A DNA stretch of 64,000 nt from Convolutriloba macropyga (Eukaryota), in the NCBI RefSeq assembly GCF_964194025.1, contig NC_134468.1, forward strand, positions 86,056,001 to 86,120,000, written 5' to 3'. A program made the position numbers and the translations under genes. Positions 50,087 to 63,640 of the stretch are shown here, in pieces; position 1 is the stretch's first letter, and each line of letters begins with the position of its first letter. The notes below the pieces were generated by a model. The model searched no databases. It was given only the letters and a program-made list of their open reading frames with translations, and had not been told where the DNA came from.

Positions 50087-51847
50087 GTAAAGATTTAATC
50101 TTGTAAATTTATATCGAGTTTTTTGACGTTTCATAATGTCGCCTGTAACATGTAATACCGGCAGAGTTTATGAAAAATTAATTTTATGAGTTTATGAAAA
50201 ATTAATTTAATTGTGTTTTCGAGCTATATACTGGAGCTATATACTAAATAAACAATATTGTTCATGTCAAATAATGGTTCAGACTAACTGAAATTAGACG
50301 ATGCAAATTTGATACTCTTTCCAAAAACACGCATTTGGTATATTTCACGGTGTTTTTTCGGAGCGAAATTTTTGAGCATGCTTTTCCAACAACTCAGATC
50401 TATCAACTGAAAAAAACATTTGCTTTGATTTAACAACTATTTCATGTCAAAATCTCTTTTTAATCTGTCGTTTTCATGCGGTAACTTCTTCTCTCCAATT
50501 TGTGAGAATCGACTATTGATGTTATTTTCATAATCTTTCTCCGTTCTAAGAAGTCAACAAAGATTGAAACTCATTACAAATATTTCAAAACAGCTCATCT
50601 ATAGCTCCGAGCTGATGAGGAAATCTTTACCGCGGTTGTCTTGAATCTTTTGTTTCGTCCTATCATCTTCATATATATTTTTTCATGCAGCCAAGTTAAA
50701 AAGCGATTTTGTTAGAAAATATCATGCTACCCATTGAAATTTATTAATACGACGTCATGTGTTATATATCAGTATTGAGTTTTGCGGAATTTGTGTAATT
50801 GTATTTTAGATCATTGTGGGAATAGTCACTAGATGATTTTAGTCTGAATAAATTTTATCGCTTAGGGTAAAGAATAATGGCTGATGCTGCACATCACGTT
50901 AAGGCCAATAACGGACTATTTTTGTGACGAATGAATGATAAAAGTTGATGTTTTCAATTTACAGTTGGATATTGGATATCTCAAATAGTGAAAATCTTTT
51001 TTGGAAGTTATACAGGTCTTCCCAGCAAAAATAGTGTTTAAATTTTTTGCAATAATGTCCCTTAGAACAAGCCAATTGTCATGCTTCATCATAAACTCTA
51101 AGAGCAAGAATAATTTTCCAAATCAATACCTCAAATACTTAAGATCTTTGCCCCCCCCCTCAATAATTGCCCCCCCTTTTGCAAAAGGGGGGCCTATTCT
51201 TGAATAGAATTTAAGCGATCGATTTATTAACCAATCAGAGACGACTAAATTTTCCGTGTATGCTCATACTGTGTTAAACTGGATAGAATAAAGTGCGCCA
51301 TGCTAGGGCAATTAGCCGAATTGGAATACAAAGCGAAAAGAATATCCGACTGGTGGGTCGGTGGGCGCGCTTCGCGCAGGTCGCGGCTTCGCCGCGATAA
51401 CCGACCCGCGATTTCCCGATTACATCCCACAGCGCGTGAGAGGCATGACCGTGAACAGCGGTCCGCAATTGCACTTAAACTGATATTCGGCTATCTAAAC
51501 TGTATGCCAACTATTATTGGAGTAAAGTATAGCACAAAAGGGGTGGCGATTCTCTACTAGGTACCAAAGGGGGGGCAATTGTTGAAAAGATCCAAATTAT
51601 TGGAGAAATGTAATCGATACTATTGGCTATCCTTGTCAATGTTTCGGTAATTATTTTCAGTGGCATTGATTGTTCAGCAGGCATTATGTAAAGTAACGTT
51701 TGGCTCATCCGAGAAATGTTGATTCACTGAGGGAAGTAGCCGTAATTTACTTTTGCAGTGGCTGGCAATATTTACCGAGAAATTCAGAAATATTTGAGAT
51801 TCGTAAACACTTATTTTAAGCAAATTTGATTATTTTGGAAAGTTATT

Positions 51848-52187
51848 AATTGCTCTTGAACGAAGTTCATAGCAGTTATTGTAAACGTGTTGGTCTTTTT
51901 TATGGAAATGTTTCGCTTTACCATTTTGCGCTGTTCTTCTAGAACATTCTTTTTTTCACGCTTTCGTTCTTCATTTTTGAGTGGTCTCTATTGCTCTCAC
52001 TCCGAAGTAATGCTTGTTGCTAATATAAAGTCGGTTGCACCATAGCAAAAATGGGGGACAAATAGCACAGTCGGCAGTGCATATGGTTATAAAGCGGGAG
52101 GGCGATGGTTCGAATACCGGTGCGGTCAAATAATTTTCCACCCGCCTGTCGTTCGAGACCAATTCTTCCGACTTTTGTCGGTTTATG
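51848..52187 (+). mobile_element. HINE-like element, family B, with tRNA-like core 52057-52128
   Basis: subTIRs AATTGCTCTTGAACGA / TCGTTCGAGACCAATT; perfect 3' hairpin CCGAC-TTTT-GTCGG; A box TAGCACAGTCGG and B box GGTTCGAATACC. Confidence 0.75.
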
Positions 52188-53296
52188 TTCTTGTTATACT
52201 TTTTGAGTGAGAATTTAAGCAGGATTATCGCTAATCCTACAAACAAACCTACAAACACAACTTACATTTTGAATAAGATTGAAATAAGTTTGAATAAAGT
52301 TTAGAAACCAATATGATTCACTCTGTCAAACAAATGCGTTCATGCTAATTTTTCATTATATTTGAGAGGTTGCTAAAATCTGATATCACGCTGAAAATAT
52401 CTGCCTTATTGAACCATATCACAAAATTTAGATTCGAAATCTTTATTGAAAGCGTGTCCGGACAAAACAGTCGCTGATAAACGTCTCATTTTGCAAAATA
52501 TTCCAAGACAAAGTAGTACAATGAAAGCAGACACACTAGTCCCAGACCAAACAGTCCCGAATAAATTTTGAAAAAAAATTAGTTGGAATCTATAAACAAT
52601 TAGAAAACATAATCTAGGAGTTAAGCCTCTTATTGCATTGTTTCCATTTGAGATGAAATAAGAAGCACGAAACTGAATTCAGATTACAGAATCTAGAAAA
52701 TTGAGTCGTAAGCAACTTAGTATTTGTTAAATTGCATTCAATTATATGCTTAACTCAGGGAGTTTGTTTCTTATATGGTGTGCATATGTTTAATTCTATA
52801 CGTTTAATTGCGAATATTTCATCAGGGATTTTTTGCCTGCTTTCGTGGGACTATTTTCTCTGGGACTGCTCTATCTGTTCACCTTCAAGTTATCAGTCGA
52901 GATTAGTTTTGTCTCGATTACGATGTATCTTTAGCGCTGTTGTTCTTTGGCGCCTTTATTCTGCTCAAAATTAACAACTCGTACCCTGCGAATCGTTAAT
53001 GTATAGGCTCGAGAAATAAAACCAGGGTTTTATTTAACCAATTTTTTGCCTAGAAATTGGCGCAAGAAGTTGCTTCCTTATTGTTAAGGGTTCAGAATAT
53101 TTCCTGTCGTTTTCCCTTTTCACGTTCGCGGGATAATATATAGCAATATGATCTGTAACCATCGCCATTAATTGAACTAGAAATAAAACAGCAAGCCAAG
53201 TTTCAAAACCTACAAGTCACCATAGTTTTCATTATAATAGTGACGTAGTAATCAGCCTTCAGTTCAGTTCAGCTGCGATATTGATAAGTGTTTCAG

Positions 53297-53764
53297 GAAC
53301 AAAAGGAGGAACAAATATCTGTCTCCACAGTCGCCTCCGACATACTGCATCCTTTCGCAGCCGAGTTGGAACAGCTGAGCACGGCTCTAAACGAGACCGC
53401 CTTCAGAAACACCTGGAAATTAGTGTGCAGCTTCGTGGACAAAGTGCTCTACATTGACCTTGCTCTCAAAACTAACTTTTCACGCTTCGGTAGCTCTCAA
53501 TTCGTGACCGACTTGACACAGGGACTGTTTCCTATATTTGGGCAATACACACGGGCTCCAAGGAATTTTTTCCCTTGTTTATCTGATATCGTGACGCTGT
53601 TTTCACTTTCAAAGGGAACCTATCTTCTTTTGAAAGATCACTTAGAACAGGTTGAAAATGGAAAGTGTGCTTCGAATGAAATTGAACTGATTTGCAACGA
53701 GTATAAACTGACAGGATTGACAAACGCTTCTCAGATTTTGAAGGTTTTATCAAAACTTATTTGA
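53297..53764 (+). CDS. RINT1: RINT1 exon 2 (total about 747 aa)
   Basis: TTTCAG acceptor, phase 0; NFSRFGSSQFVTDLTQGLFPIFGQYTRAPRNFF matches the RINT1 C-terminal region; stop TGA. Confidence 0.93.
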   Translation, partial: EQKEEQISVSTVASDILHPFAAELEQLSTALNETAFRNTWKLVCSFVDKVLYIDLALKTNFSRFGSSQFVTDLTQGLFPIFGQYTRAPRNFFPCLSDIVTLFSLSKGTYLLLKDHLEQVENGKCASNEIELICNEYKLTGLTNASQILKVLSKLI

Positions 53765-55834
53765 AAGCTTCTGGAAATAACTATATTAATTTAAATTGAT
53801 AAACGTTTTGTCATTATTTGTGATTGGGAATATTATTTGTGGTTGGCTATTTTTTCGCATCAGCCGGAAGAGTTCTAAACGTCGTGAATAAAATACAAAA
53901 CGATTTGAGATTGTTTTGGAACAAACTTTTATTGAGTGGTATTTTTCTGGGTAGACAGGTAAGCCAGGCTCTGGCGTTTAGACTCTGGCGTTTATCCAGA
54001 GGAAAGATTTTTAATCAAAACTTGTCACTCCGTCACAATCATTGAGCTTGAAAGAAAATCAACCACGGCGTGACGAAAACATGCAAAATACCGAATTCAG
54101 AACTTCTGTCGGAGATGAAAGCTAAAAGGCAATTTCTCACCGCTCCGATGATAGCGCGTGATGATTAGCAAAATAAGCAAACTGTTACTTTCAGAATAAC
54201 TTAACTAAAAATAATAATAAATGCCAAATTTAAGGGTGAGCCGCCAAGAATTGCAGCAAACGGGAGCCTTACTAATGTGCAGTTCTACTGTTTTTATTCT
54301 TACCTGACCAAAGTGGTGAGAATAGAAACAAACATTTTACATGTGGAAATTTTTTTAAAAAATGCTGATGAAATGTGATTCATAAACTGTTGATCTGTTG
54401 TATTGATAAACACCGTTATGTTAACCAAATTAATTGTCAATTAAATTGAATTTTAGGGTTGCACACTGACGTTATACATAAAAGCTATTTGAAGAAACGA
54501 AATGTTCCTCGGATTAAGCTCGGTACCCGATTTATAAATATTCTGACGGAAAAGAGACTGCTGATTTTGAAGATCAAGCAATTTTGAATGAGTGACTTAT
54601 TTTGACTATAGTAAACATGGCAATATTGCGTCGAATGTTGAAACTACCGGTGCAAATGAGATTAATCTTTAACTCACTTTTCCACACTAAATTTCAACCC
54701 CAGTAGCATTATGTCTTCATGGCCTAGGATGTGCCGTAACCGTTTATGCTCAACTTACCGAGAGTGATTTCAGTTAGAATTTAAGTTTCTCATTGTCCTA
54801 AATTAGTGCAACAATTCAATCATTATTTATACAGATAATTTTTTGCCCTTTTGAATGACAGTATGCGTTTCAAGATGTTTATATTGACCTATTTGGCAAT
54901 TATCAGACAAGTTTTGTCTTAAAATGACAAATTCCGTACAATAAATGCGACAGGAAAATCACATCTGAACCTTAAGTGACATTTCAGAATAAACATCAGC
55001 GAGTTCCAAATGAATTGTCGAAGAAAATCTGAGTATCAAAGAAATGGTGTAAGTTAAGGTGAACAAAATTTTAATTTGATTTACTGACAACGATACTCTC
55101 TAATGTCACGTGTTCTGTAAGCGAGGGAGAAATTCGCAGAAATTGCTAAAATGTTTTGAAGACAAACTACTAAATTAGACTGAACGTATAATAAAATATT
55201 ACTCGATTTTTAAGGTCAGAGCACATCTGCATTTTTAGCGCTCTTTCGCAAATATAAGCTAGAAACGAAGGCTCGCTTGTTTGCTCGACACAGAATGTTC
55301 CCACGTTCCCCTTGGAAAGCATATAACGCATCAAAGCGCCATATCATAAATGTTTTAGCAAACTACTGCGAAAAATGCAACTATCTTAGCGCGTTTGAAA
55401 AAGAAGGAGTATTTAGAGGAACCAAAAATTCACTCACAATCGAAAAAATTCTGCAGTTTTCCGAAGTTTTGCATAAAAGTTGTCGAAAGTCATTAAAATA
55501 CTAACATTAATACCACTTTTCTTTTTCGTGTTATCGGCTGTTTTAATTTCGCTTCTTCATTTGTTCCCCCACTTTGTCTACAAGATATTGATTTCTAACA
55601 TTTCCATGGCCCATTTGATTGCCTCCAATCAAGAATTAATTGAATTCAAACTGTCTATTAATCCCACACAATACGCTGACGTCAAAACCAACTGCAATTT
55701 CATGTTAGGAGAATAACTAGAGTAAGCTCGTTTAGAATGTACACATATTTTCTTGTTAAAAAACGGTAGGAACAAAAAACTATAGGCTCATGAAATGAGC
55801 TCAAGTATAGAAATTCAATTTTATTTTTGAAAAA

Positions 55835-56269
55835 GGATCTTTTCTGTTTTTGCCCCCAGTCCTATATAAATAGTCCGTTTGCACCCCCCCCCCCCCCCCA
55901 AATATGTACTTTTCGTCCTAAGAGATCTTTCAATTTCGGCACAATAAATTGCCGGCACCGGTACAAGATTGGATGGATTTTTGTTACCGGTTGTCAAAGA
56001 AATTAGTGTCATAAAGTCAATCCTATAAAAGATAAGCGCAAAAATAGCAACAACAAGCATTATTATTGGTCTGTTTACATTATAAGCTAATTTGAATTAT
56101 TGTAAATGTGTTAAATTCAAAAATTCGCTGCATAATTAAATTAAAATTGCTGTTTGTGCATAATTGAATATGTAATTGTATAAAATGCAAACAATATGCT
56201 ATAACTTGTGTAAGTTGGGGGGGGGGGTGCAAATGGACGTCGGAGGGGGGGGGCAAACAGAAAAGATCC
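55835..56269. mobile_element. GGATCTTTTC-terminal MITE
   Basis: GGATCTTTTCTGTTT...AAACAGAAAAGATCC; imperfect 8-bp TSD TTGAAAAA/TTGGAAAA. Confidence 0.7.
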
Positions 56270-57762
56270 TTGGAAAATCAGTAGCTTCAAATTTAATAAA
56301 ATACAACTACTCTTTGAATTTTCAAACAAAAGCGCAACACATAGCACCCATAGCGTACTAACAAAAATAAATAGATTACTGAAACGTCCATGAGACCTAT
56401 CTGAGAAAAAAATTATAAAAACAAAAATGTTACAGATATTTTCGAGTTAATTTTAGAACCATAGGGCACATACACTGAAGCTGGCCCAAATTATGGTAAA
56501 AATTAAAAGAGAACCTGAGGCTTGTCAATTATTCGTCCTCAGTTAAAAAAAACCTCAAAATTAACCTTAGTTCACAAGATGGCTTTTAAAAGAAATCATA
56601 TCAGTAATCATTGTAAAAACCTTGTCATCAATGCGCGCAGGGAGCAGAAAATTAGGTAACGACTGATTTTAAAAAACGATGAATTTGAAGTTTTTTTTGG
56701 AAAACGTTGATTCTAAGTAAAGAAGATATTGAATAAAATTGAATACACTAGTATCAAGAATACATTGTGTTGAACTTAAGCATTAAAAGTTAGAAACTGT
56801 TATCAGGGATACCCAGGGAAACCCATAAAACTGTAATTCAGGCAGAATTAAATATTTTCCAATATCTTTTACAACAATTTGTAATAAATGCAGCAGTTGT
56901 CAGTATCCCAATCAGCCAATAGCGCAATTTAAATACGTAGGAATGAAAATTGTCGCTTATTGACAAGACTGAAAAGTGAAAGGAGAAAAACATTGAATAA
57001 AGAACTAAAAAAACGCCACACACCACAAGAGATCAAACACTCGCAAGAATCTGTTTATTCTGTTTTCAACTTAGTTCCTGTGTTGAAATGCTATCCAAAT
57101 GCTTTGAATTGTAAAAAGTAGCGTAATATTAAAAGCCCACTGAAGATAGACGACGCACTTCTAAATAACCAATTTTGGTTATTCTCTTCAAAAGCTGAAA
57201 CAAGTTTCCTTTAAAAAAAATAAGTTCATTGGATGCAGAAAACGTAAGAAACTGTAGAATTTTGCTATTTTTTTCTGGCTTCCCATCAACTCTCAGAGTA
57301 GCAAAGAATAGTACGCAATGCACAACCAGTTTTTTTGTTGTTTTTTGCAATTGAGTCTGTGGACCAATGTTCAAAACAAATAACGTTTTGTAATTTTTAA
57401 TATTTGATGTGAAAGATTTTCATAAGTATTGTTATTTTCTCGAAACATCATGAAAATTTACTTACACTAATTTTCTTCTTGTTTCTCAAAACTTAGAAAA
57501 TTTGTAAAAACAATCAAGAGACCTATAAGTTGAAAAGATGTAAAAACTAGTTTACAGAATTGGCTAAATTGGAATGAAATTGCTGAAACAATGGGAATCT
57601 TTGCTCAGTGGGTGCGTACTATTTTTAAGTCTCAATTCTAAATGGAGACAGTTTTAGAAAAATAAGATAACTGTTAGACTGAGATACCCTCGCAAAAACC
57701 ACAAGTTGTCTGAAAAAGTCGAAATATAAGCTAATTTCAGGAGAAACTTGATAAAAAAAATT

Positions 57763-57924
57763 GGATCTTTTCCGTTTGTGCCCCCCCAGCTTAGTGGGTG
57801 CATATTATTTGCAACCCCCAGACGCACGTGCAATATTTTTACATAATGATTTACTATGTAATGACACGTGCTCTGTCACTGGGGGGAGCATAACGTACTG
57901 GGGGGGCACAAACGGAAAAGATCC
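57763..57924. mobile_element. GGATCTTTTC-terminal MITE with 8-bp TSD (relatives at 59208-59381, 61660-61818, ~62961-63144, ~51143-51592)
   Basis: TIR GGATCTTTTCCGTTTGTGCCCCCCCAG / CTGGGGGGGCACAAACGGAAAAGATCC; TSD AAAAAATT on both sides. Confidence 0.85.
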
Positions 57925-58545
57925 AAAAAATTAGGCTGAATCGATCCGGAAAAAAATTCTCAAAATTTCTTTTATTGAATTTTTTGGGGTATGGGGTTTT
58001 AAGTTGATACCACATATGCTAGAGTTGAATGCCCTACAAATCCCCCCCCCCACACACACACACACACTCAAAATTATAGCCCCCCTCCACGAAACTATAG
58101 CCCTCAAATATAGCCCTCAAATTTTGTTGTTTTTTCAAAAATGTGGTAACAATTATGGCTGCCGCAAGTAATTTTTTTCTTTGCGCGGCCTGGTTTAAAT
58201 GTACGGATCATTTTTACATCATGATGGTAACATTAAAGGTTGAATAAAAAATATTCAGAGATTCTTCTTTTGTTCAAATGCTTGTATACAATATTCTAAA
58301 TTTTAGCACGTGCTCATGCTTCAATGTTTAACAGCTGATTAGAATACTGTTGGCTGTATTGTGTATTTTAAAACACGCAGTAGCTACTGTTATGCACTTT
58401 AATCTGATTTACCTGTTGTAGAGAATATCATATCTGTTGTTATTTGATTGTTTATTTGAGACTTAACCAACGAATACATCGAAGAGGAGATATATATTGA
58501 GTGGTTGTGGATATTACGTAGACTTCAGTTGTTTAGAAACCCAAA

Positions 58546-58548
58546 ATG
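58546..58548 (+). CDS. CFAP45: CFAP45 first coding exon (ATG only)
   Basis: CCCAAAATG|GTGAGA donor, phase 0, joining CCG GGC to give MPGSVIS... Confidence 0.6.
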
Positions 58549-58932
58549 GTGAGAGGTTGCGTTTTTTTGTTCATTTTGTGTAGATGGAAAACTCCACCTG
58601 AAGAAAATATTAATATCCCGTGAAAGTTAACCCGTAAATAACTCGGTGAGTAAGCTTGTAAAAGTTAGATGGGTTTTTCCCATTTCTGCTATTGCCCCAC
58701 TCCCCATTAAGTTATGGGGTTTTTTCCATTATAGCCCCTCCATGAAATTATAGCCCCCATTACGGTATATTTACCATGATGGGGGGGCTATAGGTTATCT
58801 GACCCCTAGGCTGGGGGGGGGGGGTGTACAATGGGAAAGGCCCAAGTTATGATTACCGTGATGGGGGGGTGGGGTAGGGACTATAATGAGAAAGACCAAG
58901 CAATTGTGCCTATTTTTTTAAATCTTTTTAAG

Positions 58933-59180
58933 CCGGGCAGTGTGATCAGCTACAGTGCCTCGAGTGCAGCCGGGAGCAGAGGCAAGGGTCCCGTCTACAA
59001 AACAGTGTCACGTGAATCAAGAGTCGACGAACTCCTGTTTGGAAAAGGGAAGCAGCAGCCATCGGGGTCTGCTGGACCAGCGGCCTTTGACTGTGGAGAC
59101 AGACACAACTCAGCTCCTGGAAAGACAAAGAAGCCAGAACAGATCCAAGTTATCACAAAAGACCTCATCCGAAAATTGAT
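58933..59180 (+). CDS. CFAP45: Cilia- and flagella-associated protein 45 (CCDC19), exon 2
   Basis: TTTTTAAG acceptor; PGSVISYSASSAAGSRG..YKTVSRESRVDELLFG...IQVITKDLIRKL; phase-2 GT donor. Confidence 0.9.
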
Positions 59181-62100
59181 GTACGATTCAACTTTTTAAA
59201 GTTTTTTGGGCCTTTTCCGTTTGTGCCCCCCCCTAGCTTAGTGGGCGCATATTATTTGCACCCACAGACACAGGTGCCATATTTTTGCATAACGATTTAC
59301 TATGCAATGGCACGTGCTCTGTAACGGGGGGGGGGGGGTGCATAACGCACTGAGGGGGAGGAGGGCAAACGGAAAAGATTCTCCGTCTCTGTCAACACAT
59401 AGAAAATTTTTGGATCTTTTCCGTTATTAATTGCACCCCAAATTGTGCGTGATATATTTGCACATACTGTCTTTTTATTATACTCAACCATAAATTACAC
59501 TCTATTATCAAAAAAACTATTGCCACCAAAATGATATTCAATATTCATCAAAAGCGCTGGCATTCTGCTAACAACAAATGGGTCTTGCCCATTATAGCCC
59601 AGCTCAGTGGTCAGATAACGGATTCCCCCTCCCCCCTCAAACACTACCATACTAAAATATACCATAATGAGGGGCATAAATTCGACGGCGAGTAAAATGG
59701 GAAAGACAAAAAGAATAAAAAAATAACAAGTTAATTCCTGAAATGATATATAAAATATATCATTCAGGTAGTGTTTGTAATAAATAAATAATAAGCAGAA
59801 AAGTTCCGTTTGACTTGATAACAACAATAATTAAATAGATAGGAACAGCACACATCAAGAACTAAATTTAAAGTCACGCCACATCAATTGGTCAAATTGA
59901 AATTGTTCTGGGTCCTTCTTGTATTTTTCTAAAAATTGAGCTGTGTATCTTTTTGGCTTTACTAGAAGATTTTGACAATGTTTCACTTGCCGTTGAAATT
60001 TCATTATGATATCTTACACCACTACTTATCACACCGTGTTCAAGGTACTTAGATCTAGCAACAATTTTTTAAACTAACTTTTTGGTCTGATTGTGAAACT
60101 AAAAGTTTGCCTATGGATATTTTGAAATGCTTGCTAACTATATTTGAAAATTGGTCAGGTTGACAGTGCGACTTTTTTTATATTAACCACCAAACAGGTA
60201 AATCAACTCTATTAAAAGAAACTAATTTTACGCTTCTCAAATCTTGTTCTAATCAAGAAAAAGACAAATTTTGCTACTATTTTGCTTTGTATAAAATGTG
60301 CTGACATCATGCACTTTAAAACCGTCAAATTTGATTTTTTTATTAAAGAAATTATAATTACTTATCCAAAACATTTTAAATCTATATTGCATATCAGCTT
60401 TTACTACGTTTTCTTACTTATTCGCCGTTGGAGACAATTCTATTCTCACTTAAATTGCAACACTTTTGCATGCAACTGAGACGTCGTTACACAAAAATGT
60501 TCGTTCTCAATATAGACCCTTACAAGATTAATATCCCCATTATGGCGTACTTAACATAATTTGCGGGAAGCGAGAGGGGCTATTCGTTGTAGAACCACTA
60601 AACCTGTAGGTCCTAAATTGTGAACATTGCAAAAAGTCTTAGAGATTACGCTTTAAACAAATTTTCATTTTGAAACCGATGTTCAAAAAATATGGCATAC
60701 AGTTGCGGAATCACTTGATATCAAGCAAATTAATTTTTTTACTTAGGACAAGATCTAACTATTGATTTATGTTCCAATTAACTTATCGGTTTTGAGATGT
60801 TGAAAATCTTGTCAACAAAAACTGAAAGTTTTGGTGCAATATCTGGCTAAAAACCTTTAAAAATCTCTGTTGATGCTCTCGTTAAAAATCTGATAATTTT
60901 TTATTGTTTTTTTTCAAAATGTCTTGTAATGGTCTTAATTTTTAATTTTTCATACTTCTGCTTGCCTAAGGTGTATAGGGCCTCATGCAATACATTAGCT
61001 AAGCTTTTTATTTCTCAAGTGCTATTGCGAAAACAGTCTATTGCGGAACTTTTTCTTCGATTTCTAAGTTTATAAGGTTATGTGAAAGATATCACCGTTA
61101 AAATACATATATCTAGAGTTTTAATAGAATTGTGTTAAGCAGACTGAACTTGAAAAATGACTTGTCGACTTAGATTGAATTTGCGCGACACAAACTTTCC
61201 AAATTGATTATTCAGTTTATTTAAGGAAGTTTTCAATTAGTGGTTAATTATTCTCTTGAGCATTTTTGTTGCATATATTTATTCTTTAAAACTGTTTGAA
61301 AAAAAATAAATCTTTATGCGAAAACAGAAGAGTTTTTGGAAGAGCGCGAAAAAAGAGACTTTCATCAGAAGTTGTTTTTTTACCGAATATTTAAATTTGC
61401 CTCAATTGAAACCACCATCAATAATTTACTTCATTCAAATTTTATCAAATTATCTGGTGAGATCACGTTTATGTCATTTTGTGAGCCCTTAAGCTTGTTG
61501 TGTCTAATGAAAAAATGACTTTCACGACAGGAAAAAACTGGCTGTTTTATGATTTAAAATGTTATAGTTCGGCTGCTGTTTGACTGGTGACCTAAATGGC
61601 TGTAGGTTACCATAGTCTACTGGTTCTATCCGTTTCATGGACATATTCAAACCTGAGTAGGATTTTTCCGTTTCTGCCCCATCCCCACTACGTTCTGCCC
61701 TTCCCAGTTATAGGGCACGTGCCATTACAAAGTAAATTGTTTTAAAATTATGGCACGTGAGTCACGGATGCAAATTAAGTGCTCCCACTAAGCTGGGGCG
61801 GCCCAATCAGAAAAATCCCTTCGTTATATTTTTTTAACGTTTAAAGTGAACATAATTCGCCAAAACGCATAATTCGCCAAAACGCAGCCGTAAATCACCA
61901 ATATATGATTAGACAGACTGAGACAGAAATTAGATCAATGGCAGATCCTTGACTAATGTAGTTCCTTAGTCAAGTCAAGGAGCTTTGACAAGGAACCATG
62001 TAAAAAGCACAAAACACAACTGCCTGTTCCCGTTATTTATCAAAGACTTTTTAGATGTTTTTAGGCGAGCATATTTGCTCGAACGTGTCACTGTTTACCG

Positions 62101-62764
62101 CGATAAATTTTAACAATGTTAATTAGGCAGATATGAAAGAAAATTCAATTGCTAATTAATTCCGTAAAAAGTCCCTCGGATTTCTAATTGTGGCGTGATA
62201 ACAGATGGTAAAGTGAGTGTAACACACCAATGATCGATAGTTCAATCCCTTGCCTCCGTGAAGCTGTCTGTGTGAGAATGAGCTCTTACTTAACCATAGC
62301 TTCAGGTTTACCATAGCATGACCAATTTTGTCTGCAAAATTGGTTGCACGTGAAAGTCTCGGACGCTAAAGAAGTGGCCATAGTCACCAAAAAAGAGCAT
62401 TTATGCTCCCAAACTGAACAGTTTGAGATGTGGGGAATAATAGAAAAAGGACAGCTAATAACATGCTACTATTAATGTACAGAAGACTAAAAATCTAACT
62501 TTGCTCCGCTGCGATTACGCAGAAACAACATTATTATATTATAAGACTACTAATTGATGATTAGAAATATCTTATATATAAATTTCGGCCGTAATAATTT
62601 GTTCGGTTGTGATAGTTTCATATCAAGTCTCACGGGCCGCTAAGGCATGGCTATGGCCCGCGAGGCATGGCCAAACGCGCTAAATGTGCATCTCTTAAAC
62701 AGTCGCTAGCGATACCTCACCCTGGGTAAACTTATCGTTTGATCAGTTTGTGTTTTTTTTTCAG

Positions 62765-62909
62765 AGTGCCCAGAGAGGACCCATCTGGTGAGTCTATAGT
62801 GCTGCCCAAGGGGGAGTATGACAGGATAAAGAGGGCGAGCAAAGTTCTGAGTAAAGAGGAGAGGGAGGCACAGCTCAGAGCCATCAAGGAGGAGAAGGAA
62901 TACCAGGAG
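62765..62909 (+). CDS. CFAP45: CFAP45 exon 3
   Basis: Poly-T TCAG acceptor; (I)VPREDPSGESIVLPKGEYDRIKRASKVLSKEERE; GTCAGT donor. Confidence 0.92.
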
Positions 62910-63290
62910 GTCAGTGTCCTCTTCGTCTTGTATCCTCCTTTGTAACCTGTCACAGAGGTCGGATCTATTCTGTTTTGGACCCCAGCCCCCACCTCCACCC
63001 TGCTTAATGGGCATAAAATTTTAATGCTCCACCAGGCGCGCGTGCTATCTTTTTGCGTGCTGCGTAAAATAGCATGATTTGTAACGGGGGGGGGGGGGGG
63101 GGCATAAAAACACAAAAACACGGGTGGGGACAAAACAATATATCTCAACTATCTTTATTAATTCAAGGCAATATCCCCTTAAAACTTTCGGAAATTCTAA
63201 AACTATGCCAAATTTTGTCAAAATTACTACGACGGGCGTATAAATATCATACAAGTTACAAGTTAGTTGAAACGTTGCGATTGATTTTAG

Positions 63291-63640
63291 TCAGAGGCTT
63301 CGAAGCGGAAGCAACTCCTGGCCGAAGAAGATCTAAAACGAAAGAAGAACGAAAAACTGAGCGACTTGGAAGAAGAGGTCAAACAGCAACGTGAACACCT
63401 TTTGGCCAAAGCTCAGGAACTACGAGACGAACAGACAGACGAGATCAAACTTCTAAACGAATTGATTCTGAACTCGAAGTGCCACGCAATCAGAGATGCT
63501 CAGATTCTTGAGAAGGATATAATTGAGAAGGAGCTGACGGAGGAGGAGCAGAGATTGGATGCAATGATGGAACACGAGAGACAGAGGAAGATCAAACTGC
63601 AGGAGGAATATGATCTCATAAAGAAACACAAGCAGCTTGA
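63291..63640 (+). CDS. CFAP45: CFAP45 exon 4 (gene continues beyond the window)
   Basis: TTTTAG acceptor; KLSDLEEE...EQTDEIKLLNELILNSKCHAIRDAQILEK...EEEQRLDAMME; GTTAGT donor. Confidence 0.93.

Noticed and set aside
58140-58340. RFX X-box / FOXJ1 sites upstream of the ciliary gene CFAP45
   Set aside because: Only half-sites (TGGTAAC, TGTTTA) are visible, as expected by chance in AT-rich DNA.
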